DNA of 63,253 bases, the filler included, from Saprolegnia diclina VS20 (taxonomy: Eukaryota), in NCBI RefSeq assembly GCF_000281045.1. It is 8 parts of 2 records of this genome, joined end to end, with 100 filler letters (N's around TTAATTAATTAA, not from the genome) between each part and the next. Parts side by side here need not be neighbours in the genome. Positions count along the whole stretch, not along the records: positions 17,817 to 30,264 come from NW_008246088.1; positions 30,365 to 45,531 come from NW_008246088.1; 6 more parts are not named here. One strand, given 5' to 3'. A model generated the notes under the pieces. It made no database searches and was not told the DNA's origin. It saw only the letters and a list, made by a program, of their open reading frames with translations. Shown piece after piece: positions 23,055 through 34,872 of this stretch (position 1 is its first letter; every line of letters begins with the position of its first letter). Both the position numbers and the translations under genes were made by a program.

Positions 23055-26000
23055 ATGGGCCAGTATGATGGGCTCGTCGGCGTCGGGAGCGACCCGGAGA
23101 CGCAGATGCTCTTCCTCTTCGAGCTCATTGAGGCGCTCCATCTGCACCAAGAAGAAGAGGGCGAAGAAGCGCAGGACCGTCGGTGGAATGCGGACGATGA
23201 TGATGGCAATGGCGACGACGAGGCGCTTCCGACGTCGCCGCTGATCGAGGTGGCGACCTTGACCAACGTGCTCGTGCATGCGTACTATTGCCCGACAACA
23301 ATGCTCCTCGTGCTCCGCGCCATGAACGCGCTCTTCGACACGGATCCGGCCTTTGCGATGGACCCGTCCTTGAACGTGCACGTCGTCGAGACCGTCCTCT
23401 GCGCGGCCATGAGCCTCCACGACACCGACACGACCGAGCAGGCGCTGCGTTGGTCGCGCGCGCTGGCCCGTGATCGACCGTCCTGGGTTCTCCTGTCCGG
23501 TGCGGCGTACCTCTTCCTCTCGACGCTCCATGGCTCCCATCTCGCGACCAAGAAGCGCGTCTTGGAGCTCGCCGTCCGCGCGGCCAACGTCGACGCGTCG
23601 CCCGAGCATGCAACAGCGCTCCTCGCCATGGCTGATACCATTGTCATCGAGTACGCGAACGATCCGGACCCGACACTGGCTGGCCTCGCGTTGCAGTGGA
23701 CGACCGATGCGCTCATGCTCGTCTTCGTCACCGACCACAGCTACCTCGCCGCGTTCGCGCACGACACGGCCGTGCTCTCGTTCTGGCGTGACGCCTTCCC
23801 GCGCTGGTCGCACGCGCAGCAGCGGTCGATCCTTGGGTACCTCGAGTACCTTGTGCCCGTCTTCTCCGACAGCATGCTCTCGGCGTGGTGCGAGATCTTC
23901 ACCGCGTACTGCTTTGCCCCTGCGAGCAATAACGCACCAACGCTCGCGTACTACGACATGAAGGCAGCGGCGATCGCCGTGCTCACCAAGGTGGCCGCCT
24001 TGCGCGACACGAGCGTCGTACCGCGGGCGCCGTACGAGCCAGAGTGGTCGTGCAGCGAGTGCACGATGCTGCAGCCCATGGCGTACACGTTCTGCGGTGT
24101 CTGCGGCGCGCCCCGGGTCCCCACGCACTTTGAGATGCAGCAGCAAGAATGGCTCATCCGCAAGCTCCGCTACGACCAAGTGCTGGCGGGCCACATGACA
24201 CCGACGTTGTCCAACGACGATGCGCGTGTGGGTACGCTCGCGCCCCGGATCGCGCCACTGTTTGCCGAACCGATTGGGTTCTTTTTGGAGTACGAGGCCC
24301 AAGAGATGGCGCTCTTGCTCGGACTGCCGCTGTACATGCAGCTGCTTGATCCTGCCGATGGTCCCGGCTGGCACCGCGTGTGTCTCGTGCTTGGCATCCT
24401 TCGCGTCACGGGCCGCCACGACGACTGGGTCGCCGACCAGATCGCGCAGCTCCAGGCAAACCTCAAAGAGCCGCATCTGCTGGTGCGCCATGGTCTTATG
24501 GCGGGCGAGCTGTCGCACCCGCTCTTTGCACTCGTCGCGCAGCTCTCGAGAGACAACGACGTGCACTACCACGACACGCTGTATGCCGCGATCGACGATG
24601 CGTGCGTCACGGAGCCACCGACGCTGTACGAGATGACAGCGAGCGGCTTGTTTAGTTGGCTTCTGCCGCGGTCCAAGACCGCGCCGTGGCTACCGCGTGC
24701 CGTCGACATCCAGCAGTTTGCCTCCGAGTTTACGTTTGCACCAGTAGACGGCCACTGGCACGAGACACTGCTGCGCCTCCGTCTTCGTCGACCCGATGGC
24801 GTTGTCGACGTCAGTGCGCACCCGCTTCTGTCGGTGCAGCACGTCCTCTTGGCCGTCAAGCAACTGCCGTCGGCCAAAAAGGACAATGACGCGTTTCTTG
24901 CGGATGTGACGCTGACGGGCGCTTTGCTGCCGCCCGTCGACAGCTCCGAAGCGCTGGGCTACCTCCTCGCGGGCGGTCGTATCTGCGCACCGTCTGACTC
25001 TGTCCTTGTCGCCGCCCTCACGGCCTCACCGAGCGATCTCTACGCAACCATGGTTGCATTGGATGTTGTCGAGACGGAGGTGCCGCCGACAGCACCAGCA
25101 GCGTGGCTGCGCGCACTCGATGCGCTGGCAGTGCTGCCACGTTTGACGCAGACGTTTGGGACGATGGCGCAGGAAGAGTGGCGCCAGCTGTCGCGCGTCG
25201 TGCCCGAGGCCGTCGCTGCGATCCTCCACGTGCAGCCGACCGCCGTGCCCCTTGCGCTCCGCAGCAGCTTCTTTCTTGGTTCGAAAGCCGAGCGCAAGAC
25301 GCGGTAGGTCCCCGCCTTTGATCCGTCTCAATGGCGCGTAGTGAGGAAATCAGCGGACGCACGTCCATCACGGTGATGCGCGACGGACTGGCGAGCGACA
25401 AGACGTGGGCGACCGTGCCGCCGTCCAGTGTGCTGTACGTGAGCTTTGACGGCGAAGCCGGCCATGGCGTTGGCCCCACGACCGAGTTTTATACGTACGC
25501 ATCCGTTCGTGGGACCTTTTATGACCATCTGTACCGATGTAGACTGCTGGCTCGGGCGTTCACTGCGCCGACGCTGCGTCTCTGGCGCGATCTCGACGCG
25601 CCGCTCTTTCCGGCACCCCACCATCCTGCGCTCGAGGGTAGCAGCGACGCGTTGCAAGCTTTTGAGACCTTGGGCCGCGCGCTGGGCCGTGCTTTTCTTG
25701 TATGGAGGCCGACGTGTGGCATTCGAGTTGCTGATGCACAGGACGTAGGATGGCTACTCGCTCGACTTGCGCGTCTCGCCGAGCTTTCTCAAGCTGCTTC
25801 AAGGCAAAGCGCTTGTCTGGGACGACATGCTGGAGGTGGACGCGTCGCTGTATCACTCGATGCAGCGTCTCTCGACCTTCGAGGTACCTGCTCGCTTCCT
25901 GGTCAGTCCTAGTTGACGGCGTTTGTGTAGGACATGGCGTCGCTTGGGCTCTACTTCAACCTCCCGGGCGTCGACAAGTACCCGCTGTGCGATCAGGGCT

Positions 26001-26710
26001 GCGACCGACCCGTCACGTGTGCCAACCGCGACGAATACGTGACGCTCGTCAAAGACCACGTCTTGCGCGTCAGCATTGCGGGTCCGGTGGCCGCGCTGCG
26101 CCGTGGCTTTGCCACGTGCATGCCGGTGCACACGTGGCAGTACTTTACGCCCGCCGAGTGGCAGGTTTGTGCGACTTTGATTCCATTCGATCGTCGGCTG
26201 CAAGTGCGTGCATAGATGCTTCTGCATTGCGATCTGCCGTGGACACGTGACGAGCTGCAGCGGTACCCTACCCGCAACGGGCTACGTTCTTATTTGTGGT
26301 GGCTAGCGGTCTCTGCTGCAGCGCCGGGTACGCGTGGGAGACGGACCAGATCCAGTGGCTCGTGGAGGTTCTGGTGACGCTCTCTGCGTTTGAGCGCGGC
26401 CAGTTTCTTCTCTTTGTCACTGGCAGTCCGTGCCTGCCGCTGGCGGGCTGGTCGGCGCTGGGCCTCACCGTCGTGCCGGTCTCGTCGGCTACAGGTACCT
26501 CGACGCTCACGAATCCATTTCGATTGGCGGTGACGTAGACGCGTCGCTGCCGTCGTGCAACACGTGCCAAAAGTACCTCAAGCTCCCTCGGTACTCGTCG
26601 CGCGACGTCTTGGCCGCCAAGCTCCGCACGGCCTTCACCGAAGGTATGTCGTCTCTGGTGTGTTTGCGTTTTCAAACTGACTAGGCCAAGCGTACTTTGC
26701 GTTGGATTAA
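23055..26710 (+). CDS. HECT E3 ubiquitin ligase (TRIP12/UPL3/Ufd4-like) with helical N-terminus and RanBP2-type zinc finger, spliced
   Basis: Zinc finger WSCSECTMLQPMAYTFCGVCGAPR. HECT motifs LYVSFDGEAGHGVGPTTEFY, FLLFVTGSPCLP and LPSCNTCQKYLKLPRYSS (catalytic Cys). Ends GQAYFALD* at 26710. Confidence 0.88.
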
Positions 26711-26755
26711 GTTATATACACAGGCATGATCATCCTCCTCCGTTGCCTTCGTGCC

Positions 26756-27808
26756 TCAGGCGGGGCGCACGACCGTCCAGTGGGCCGCCGACGCGCTGCT
26801 TGCGTCGATGGTGTCCATCGCGACGCTCTCCGAGTGCTTGGCGCCAGGAAAGCAGTCGCTGCAGCGGCCCAGATACTTGCCGTTGTCGGCTTCGAGGCCA
26901 ATCGCGCCGTTGCCGAGGTCGACGCAGGTAAACTCGGCCCACGGCTTGGCCTGCGTGACGCGGCTGAACGCTTGGTCGACGACCGTCGCGCCCGGAACGA
27001 GCTTGTACTCGCGGTTGAGGTAGTTGCCGTCGTTGCCGCGGAAGACGAGCTTGCCGTTGGCCGTGTTGAAGACCGTCCACGTGGCATCTGGTGTCATGGT
27101 GGGAGCATTGGCAAAGATTGCGCGCGGGATGGAAAGGCAGTCGTCGCAGCGACCCATGAACGTACCAAGATCGCTCTTCAAGCCGATGACGTCGCCGTTC
27201 GTAAACGTGCAGGCGGGCGAGACGGGGAGGCGGTCGACCGCCCACTGCGCTTTGGCGTCTTCCCAGCTCTCGGCGTGCACGAGCGTCGCGCTGCGGTCGC
27301 GGATGAGGAACTTGCCCGTGTCGGCTTGGAGCGCGATGCGGCCGTCGTCAGCGACGACGCACGTCCACTGGGCGTACGCGCCGTCGGACCAGTGGTTGGC
27401 GTCGACAATGGCCGCCGGCGTGTCGCGGCAGCGCGCGAGGAACTTGCCGCTGTCAGCCTGCAGCGCGAGCGTGCCGAGGCGACCAGTGTTGTAGACCTTC
27501 CAGGTCGCGGACGGGGCGACCGCCGGCGCGACGACCGCTACGTCGGTCGTGTTGTCGAGAGCAACGTACTGGCCAGAGTCGGCTTGCAGCGCAATGAGGT
27601 CGCCGTTGGCGAAGGCACAGGCCGCGGGCACGACGTACGGGATCGGGCCCGTGTCACCGTGGAGCCAGGCCGGGAAGATGGCCTCGGTCGTCACGTAGCT
27701 GCCGGCGAAGAGCGCGGCCGCGGCCATGGCGCCGAGGAGCGGGCGTCGGTGGGCGGCGGCGGGCGGCGCCGAGCGGGGCACAAGGCGCGTCGTGACGGTT
27801 GGCAGCAT
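26756..27808 (-). CDS. Protein with two fascin-like beta-trefoil domains and an N-terminal hydrophobic segment
   Basis: Repeated IALQADSGQYV, LALQADSGKFLARC, IALQADTGKFL and IGLEADNGKYLGRC motifs with W-x-V strands. Both halves start (P)ACxFxNGD. Intronless. Confidence 0.78.
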   Translation of the reverse strand: MLPTVTTRLVPRSAPPAAAHRRPLLGAMAAAALFAGSYVTTEAIFPAWLHGDTGPIPYVVPAACAFANGDLIALQADSGQYVALDNTTDVAVVAPAVAPSATWKVYNTGRLGTLALQADSGKFLARCRDTPAAIVDANHWSDGAYAQWTCVVADDGRIALQADTGKFLIRDRSATLVHAESWEDAKAQWAVDRLPVSPACTFTNGDVIGLKSDLGTFMGRCDDCLSIPRAIFANAPTMTPDATWTVFNTANGKLVFRGNDGNYLNREYKLVPGATVVDQAFSRVTQAKPWAEFTCVDLGNGAIGLEADNGKYLGRCSDCFPGAKHSESVAMDTIDASSASAAHWTVVRPA

Positions 27809-28675
27809 GCTGGCAAAAGCGGAAGTGGTCGCTTGCCAATGACACGGGATGTGGATTACGGATGAGTATCTAACACACCAATTGGGGGCAGTTGCTCGTT
27901 CTGGCCAGAGCAGGAGGCGGTGTGATAGGACTTGGAATAGTGTTATTGCAAATAGGGTTATAGTTACGCGTCAAGCGCTGGGATCTCGGCAACGACAAAG
28001 CGATGGCTCCGATAGCCTTCTGCTGCCAAGAGGAATGTCCCCTTGTTGTTGCAGGTACTGCACATCGATGGTGTCCCACAAGAGCTACAACACAGACGAT
28101 GCGGAATGCACCCACACGATGGAATCCAACACTATTTCGAGTGGCTGAGTCATCCAGGCCGTGCCGAGCAGCATCAGCATCGCATTTGCTCCCTTGTGCT
28201 TGAACGTGCGCTGGGGCCTGCACGCAAAAGCCGAGCTCTTTTTACATTGTACTGGCGACTCGACCCTGTACTGCGGCTACTGAAGGTGGTCGTTGATGTG
28301 GTTGGCTGTGGGAGGATCAGGCCCATATCTTTGCATCCGACAAACCACGCTGCTTGGGGCCACTGGTTCCGAACAAGACCCTTGAAAGCTGGCACAGCTA
28401 CTACGCCAGGAACTGGTCGCTGTGCGCGGTCGGCACGGCCGCTTGCCGCGGCTACTCGGTGAAGCAGTCAAATGGATGGCAGCTCAGTGGCCATCCATTC
28501 GCTTGGTTCACCACTGCTGCATCACACGGCATAGTCTCGTCCTCGTACACTCGACTCATGTAGCGATCTATCGCCCGAGAGCTTCGCCCGAGCGGCCATC
28601 GTGAGCGACCATGGCCGTCGAAGCGCCGGTGGCAGCTGGTACGGGGCGATTTGATGGGCATGAATGTCGCCATGT

Positions 28676-28835
28676 GATTGGCCAGAACCGTATCTTTCGC
28701 ACCGTGCATTGGCTGAAATTAACGCTGTGCGTGCCAATCCCAGATTGGCCAAAAGTTTAACAACCCGCGACAGTGATTGGCGCTCGCATACATTGCCCGG
28801 ATTGGCCAAAACGCATCTCTAAATGGTCCAATGGG
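28676..28835. promoter_or_regulatory. Cluster of CCAAT/ATTGG boxes
   Basis: About seven ATTGG/CCAAT occurrences in 160 bp upstream of the CRAL-TRIO gene. Confidence 0.45.
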
Positions 28836-29138
28836 TTCCTGCAATGTGGCTGGAGTCGTTCGCTACATACCGGCAGAAACTGGTTTGGTATCACTCTAGA
28901 AACCAGTCTGGAAATGAATTTGAAACCTACCAGAAGCAAGCGCTTGGAGCCAAAGGAGCAAGGGCGCAGGATGCTGCACCCATCTCCCTGTCGCAGCATT
29001 GTGGTTTATGAAGTCGATCGCGCGCCATCAACCAGTTTTTATACTCTCTCATCCGGATATATAGCCAATCATATCGGATTAGCTGGCAATCCTCCGGATA
29101 CGCGGTGGCGACCGCAATGGCATTTCGAGATTTCCACC

Positions 29139-30210
29139 ATGAACGTTCCGGTCTTGACGCTTCTGCCCGGCGACAGCTTTGCGCCGGCGCCCGCCAACTG
29201 GCCCGTCCACGACGTCTCGGCCGACCAGGCGCAGGTGCTCGCCAAGCTCCAGGCCAAGATCGACCTCGCCTTCGTGGCCAAGAGCACGGGCAACACGACG
29301 GACGCGGCGCGCAACGACGAGCTCCTCGCGTGGTGTGACACCCGCTGCCTCGTGCGCTACCTCAAGGTAACGTTACGATGATGCTCGAGGTAGCTGCGAG
29401 AGGCTCAATTAGCTGCGTCTAGGCCACCAAGTTCAACCTCGACCAGGCCATCGAGCGCCTTGCCATCACGCTCAAGTGGCGCTTTGAGTACGCACCTGAC
29501 AAGATCACGGCCGACGAGGTCGCGCCCGAGGCCGAGACGGGCAAGAGCTTCCTTAGCGGCTTTGCGCGCGACGGCCGCCCGGTGTGGTACATGCGCCCGC
29601 ACATGGAGAACACCAAGACGCACGACCGCCAGCTCCGCTTCACGTGCTACAACCTGGAGAAGGCGATTTCGCTCATGCCCCAAGGCCGCGAGTCGGTCGT
29701 CATTGTCATCGACTACGAGGTTTGCGTAGCTGCCTATCGCTCATGCTACCTGGAATGTAATAGCACATCAACCGCCACAACTCGGTGCCGTTCTCGGTCG
29801 CCCGCGAGTTCCTCCACACCATGTCGAGCCATTACCCCGAGGTATTTTGAGGGATACATGAGCATGGACGTACAAACACATGCTAGCGCCTCGGTGTGAG
29901 CCTCATGGTCAACGCGTCGTGGTACTTTTCGGTCGTCCTCAAGCTCCTCTCGCCGTTCATCGACAGCGTCACGATGGCCAAGCTCAAGCTCGTCAAGACG
30001 TCCAACATGGCGTCGGCCGGTCCGGTCGCCGACGAGATGACGCCAGAAGCCATTGACGCCAAGAAGCTAACGTTCTCTGGCAACAACGCCGATGCGCGCC
30101 TCTTTGTACAGCCCAAGTACCTCCTCCAAGAGTACGGCGGCAACTTTGGCTGGAGCTGGAACTTTGCGTCGTACTGGTCGGCGCTCTCGGCGGTCCAAAA
30201 GCGCGACTAA
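29139..30210 (+). CDS. CRAL-TRIO (Sec14/PDR16-like) lipid transfer protein, spliced
   Basis: WCDTRCLVRYLK|ATKFNLDQAIERLAITLKWR, EAETGKSFLSGFARDGRPVWYMRP, IVIDY, HYPE|RLG and KLLSPFIDSVTMAKL...LLQEYGG. Confidence 0.9.
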
Positions 30211-30264
30211 GAAGTCGATAGACCTTTGTGTAATACATTTCTATGCTTGTCTACGAACGTCCAT

Positions 30265-30364
30265 NNNNNNNNNNNNNNNNNNNNNNNNNNNNNNNNNNNN
30301 NNNNNNNNTTAATTAATTAANNNNNNNNNNNNNNNNNNNNNNNNNNNNNNNNNNNNNNNNNNNN
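30265..30364. other. Artificial scaffold-joining spacer
   Basis: TTAATTAATTAA at 30309-30320 between N runs. Confidence 0.97.
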
Positions 30365-30847
30365 AACGACCAAGTCCAGCAACTGCAAGCGCAGTGCAAC
30401 GCCATCGAGCAGCACGCCTCTGCGTCTACCATCGCTCTCAACCAGCTCCAAGCAGTGTACGACGCCTCCATCGCCACCAACCGCACCTTGGTGTCTCAGC
30501 AGAACCTCCTCAACGAGCAGCTCGGCATGAGTCACGCCGACTGCGAATCCAAGGATCTCCAGATACACATGCTGTTGACTGCGGCACAATGGAAGCGACT
30601 GGCGACGGCTACTGCGATGACCGCCAAGGACCAGGCCAAGGACAAGCAAGTAGCGAAACTCAAGGCCGACGTCCAGCTCTTGCTCAGTCTGGAGCAAGAC
30701 CGCAGTGACGACGGCGACGACGACGACAACTTGGTGCATGCAGAGGTAACACCCTGCGCGTACTTGGATCCAAACTACGAAGCGCAGCCTCCAGCGTACA
30801 TGGACACGGACGACCCTTGGATCAGCGACGGCTACGCAGTCTTGTAG
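30365..30847 (+). CDS. 3' fragment of coiled-coil hypothetical protein, near-identical to 35745..36772
   Basis: NDQVQQLQAQCNAIEQH...CAYLDPNYEAQ matches the downstream copy nearly base for base; the final residues differ. Confidence 0.7.
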   Translation, partial: NDQVQQLQAQCNAIEQHASASTIALNQLQAVYDASIATNRTLVSQQNLLNEQLGMSHADCESKDLQIHMLLTAAQWKRLATATAMTAKDQAKDKQVAKLKADVQLLLSLEQDRSDDGDDDDNLVHAEVTPCAYLDPNYEAQPPAYMDTDDPWISDGYAVL

Positions 30848-31172
30848 TTGACATATACCAAATGCATACTAGTATGGTAGTTAAGTTAATCTAAATAATG
30901 TTTGTACTATGCGTGTGTTGTTGGTAGATATATTAATAGTGGCTCGAATCTGGTGAAAGTGTTGCAAGAACTAGTTAGCATGGCTCTCACAATGCGATAA
31001 TGGTATTATCTGGAACGTTCCAGGATGCTCGCAGGCCCTCGGGCGGTACGAAGCGTTTGTCGACCGACGTTCACATGGTTCGATCCCTCGCTCGACAATC
31101 TCATGTGGTCGACTTCAAGCATGACAAGTTGTCCAAAATGATCGATTGTAAAGTCTCTAGTCGAACGCACGT

Positions 31173-32874
31173 CTACACCTTGCTATGCAGCACCTCGTCG
31201 TCATCGTCGTCCTCGCCGACGGTAAAGCGCGGCGAGATGTTGGCGACAACGTCCTTCTTATCCTTGAGAGCATGCTCGTCGTCGTCGTCGTCATGCTCGT
31301 CGTCCTCTTCAATATCTTCCATCGGCAGCTGCGACGCGAACGCGATCGAGCGCGCGGTCGGGCGCCAAATGACGCACATGGCAGCCGAGACGATAAAGTT
31401 GAGGACGGGCCACGCGACGAGCTGCGTCCACTCCCACTCGGTGCGCCACTCAAAGAGGCCGACACGGGCCGAGACCGCGACGCCCGTCAGAAGCGTAAAG
31501 AAAAGCACAAAGCCGCCGAGGCTGTATGCGAGCGCCTCGTACATTTGGAGCTTGGCAAACTGCTTGGCCGACCGGAGGTCCTTGAGGATCGTCTCGAGCG
31601 AGAGGTAGATCCACAGCACAAACACGAGGTTGCACGCGAGCTGGAGCAGCGCCCAGATCGACGGCGACCGACCGCGGAGACCGCGGCTTCGGTCGGCGGT
31701 GGCTTCGCGGATCAAGTCGTCGGCGACGCCCGTGCCAAAGTACGCCAGCGACATGACGACAATAAGCACCTTATCGAGACGCGGCAGCGTGTCCTTGACA
31801 ATACCGTACCTACGATGACAACATTGGCATCAGTCCTACCTTCGAAAATGGACAGTCTGTCGTACCCGAGACAGACAACCAACAAAATCATGCGTGCAAA
31901 CGTGCGCATACCGGCGTCGCAGGCCACGGCAGCAACGTACAACGGCGGCAATGGCCAGCTAAAGGGCTGGCCGACCTCGTTCATCTCGTAGAGCGCTACA
32001 AACCAAATCGCCGACGACACTAGCCACTTGGTCAGCGCATCGTACGTCGTGCGGGCGACGTACCCGTGCCGAGGACGAGGACGGCAAAGATCCCGACTTG
32101 CAGTGCGATCGCTTCCTTGCGGTGGATGCAGAGAAGAATGGCAAAGAAGAAGGCAAGCACGAGATACCCAAGCGAGAGAAACCCGCTACAACATTGTCAA
32201 TACCGTGTCTTCCCAAAATCAACGTCAGTACCTGAAGGGCAAGAGACCGTAAAAGACGGCTGGCAAAAGACCGTACGGGTTCCGCACCGTGAGCGTCCCC
32301 GTAAACTGCACCGCGTCCTGGCTTGCGTGCTGATCTGAGCACACGAAGACGAGCGAGTCGATCCAGCCGCTGCTGTTGACCTTGTAGTTAGTCGACGCGA
32401 TGACCGATCGATTGACGATTGGGAATTCGCGGCGCTCAAAGTGGTGCATGCCGGCCATTGCGAGCTCCGATTGCAGCTGCGAGCAGGCGAAGAGCGCGAG
32501 GTTGCCCTCGGCGTCGGCGAGTGCGTTGAGGTTGTCGGCCTGGTAGTGGAAGACCACGAGGCGCCAGCCGTTCATGGCCGACGACACGTTCACGCCCGAG
32601 ATGTTGAGCTACGTAGCACGTTCCATTAGCAAGGATTTGCGAACAAGAGGCGGCGTACGTGGACGGACGACGCGCCATGCTCAGCAAACAGAGGGCCGTG
32701 GTTGGACCCAAACATCTTTTCGGCGCGCTGGAATGGGAAGTAGGCGACCTTGGCGTCCGCGGGCGACGAGGCGTCGACAATGAGCTCGTTGGCGACCGGG
32801 TAGATCGAGCCGCAGGTCGCGTAGGCGCCAAGGAGGAGCGCGCTGGCCAAACGCCGCAAGCTGCCTGCCATCAT
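31173..32874 (-). CDS. TMEM87/GPR107-type (lung seven-TM / GOST family) membrane protein, spliced
   Basis: Signal peptide MMAGSLRRLASALLLGAYATCG. VRNPYGLLPAVFYGLLPF, RTFARMILLVVCLGY, WIYLSLETILKDLRSAKQFAKLQMY and MCVIWRPTARSIAFA plus an acidic tail. Confidence 0.85.
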
Positions 32875-33203
32875 CGTCGAAGGCTCGCAGTAAGAAAGTG
32901 ACCTCAACTTGGTGCACCATTTTCTACAAGTTCATGCTGTTGAAAAGTTGGCTTTTTTAAGTTCGACCCCTCATTATATTTTGATGACGTGCAATAGGAA
33001 AGTTGATTTCGCTACTAAGTTGACGAAAGATCGACAGGACAACGATAATAACTTTATACGAAACCGGCTTATAGAAATGGACCAATCATACGCGCGGAAC
33101 GACATTCGATGCCATAGAATCCAGCAACAAATGCACTTGGTTTTTGTATGAAATATAATATAAATCGATGAAATTAAATAACCAAGCTTCCAGCTGCGCT
33201 GGC

Positions 33204-33692
33204 ATGGAAGCGAGGAGCCGGTCCCGGCGGGATGGAAGCCACCACGCCCAGGACGACCGACGCGCCGCCAGCCGTAGCCCGAGCGACGGCGAGCGAAGAT
33301 CTTATCGCCGCCGGCAAAGCCCCGACAGCTATACGCAAAACCGACAAGAACGACGTCGCCGTCGTCGATCCCGCTCCGCATCGCCAACCCGGCGCCGCGT
33401 GAGGTCCTCTTCGAGGTCGCCGGTACGTCTCCAGGCACGGTCCACGTCAAGGTCTCGCAGCCACGAGCGGCGCAAGCACAATCCAAGCCGCAGTCGCCGC
33501 TCGATGGAAAATCGAGAGTCTGCCAAGGCGGACGCACCTCGAGCGCGCCGCCTCCTTGCACCCAACGCGTTTGCCCTTGGCCGCATCATGAAGAGCACTG
33601 CGCGGTCGCGCGACGAAGAAGACGAGCGCGAGCGGCAACTCGCCGCCAAGAAGCTCCGAGAGCTCGACGCCAAGCAGCCGCGGACGTTTTGA
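33204..33692 (+). CDS. Small Arg/Ser-rich hypothetical protein
   Basis: RSRS/RSPS-rich low-complexity region followed by LLAPNAFALGRIMKST and a charged helix. Confidence 0.55.
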   Translation: MEARSRSRRDGSHHAQDDRRAASRSPSDGERRSYRRRQSPDSYTQNRQERRRRRRSRSASPTRRRVRSSSRSPVRLQARSTSRSRSHERRKHNPSRSRRSMENRESAKADAPRARRLLAPNAFALGRIMKSTARSRDEEDERERQLAAKKLRELDAKQPRTF

Positions 33693-33911
33693 GCAGGCTA
33701 GGTCTTCCACGTCTCGTCTTCAGCTTCAAGGCGCCGTACAACCACCGTACCCACGAGTCCATCGACTAAAAGCGCTACTGTAATACCAAAACGCGACGAC
33801 AATTGTACATGACGTGGCAGCACCGCAGTGTCCTTCCATCGACCGAGTTCAAAGGCGAAACGACTCTGTTGGTTTCGGCCTTTCCCTCAGAGCTGGAAAC
33901 GACGGGAATAG

Positions 33912-34872
33912 ATGGCAGGCCGGTCGCTGCACGCGCAGCTCTTTGACAAGACGCCAGATCAGCTCTCTATCAACCAGCGGCTGGAGCTGGACCCGGACCT
34001 CGACGAACTCGAGCTCGAGCTCGCGGCTACCGACGCGTCCGAGGCCGACCAGCAAGTGCTCGTCATGTCCGAGACGATCGACCTGCTTCGGCGCCACCTC
34101 GAAACGCAGCGCAAGGAGCTCCAAGCTGCTTACCGAACGCTCCACGAGTACGAGACCAAGACGCAGTCCGAGCGCTCGAAAGCACTTGCTACCGAGTCGC
34201 AGCAGGCGTCGGCCGACCAGCAACTCCGCGATCTCGCCTTTGTCCGCGCCGCTTCCACAACGCAAAATCTCATGCAATTCGTAGACGCTCGAGCTCAAGA
34301 ACGTTGCGCTGCACGAAGCGACGGTCGAGAAGGAGTCGATGCGCATTGAGCTGCAAAAGTACAAGGCGCTGACACGGGAGCTCTCGGAGCGTCTTGAGCG
34401 CAGTTGTGCCCCGGTGCACCACGCAACTGCGACGTACACCACCAGTAGCAACAACCAGAGCAATAACGTCGCGGGCCTCAACCAAGCCAGCGTGCACTCG
34501 GCAGCGAGCAACCAGAGCGGCCACGTGCCCAAGCGCGAGCGATTCGACCACATTGTCCCTGCTTCGATTGAGAACCGGGACGATTTTTGGAAGCTGCAGT
34601 GGAAGGAGGCGATGCGGGCTCGGAAGGGACACCCAACGACCATCTACAACCAGTTCCCCGACCCGCCACCTCGGCAGCCAACGCTCAAGATTTTTTCGAG
34701 TCCGCCCCACGGCAAGCGAGGTAGGATGCCGTTTTCTCTCGATACATTAATATTGAGATTAGGGTTCGCGGACCGCGACGAGCGCTTCCCCGTGTCGCGC
34801 TACATTGGCATCAATAGCCGACAGAGTGCGCTCATCAAAGAGTGCTACAAAGTCGTTGGCAACACCACGTAA
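33912..34872 (+). CDS. Coiled-coil hypothetical protein, spliced
   Basis: An intron (GTCCGC...TCGTAG, about 34241-34284) joins ORFs 33912 and 34339 into a continuous coiled coil (DLAF|TLELKNVALHEATVEKESMRIELQKYK). A second intron is likely near 34721-34761. Confidence 0.65.
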
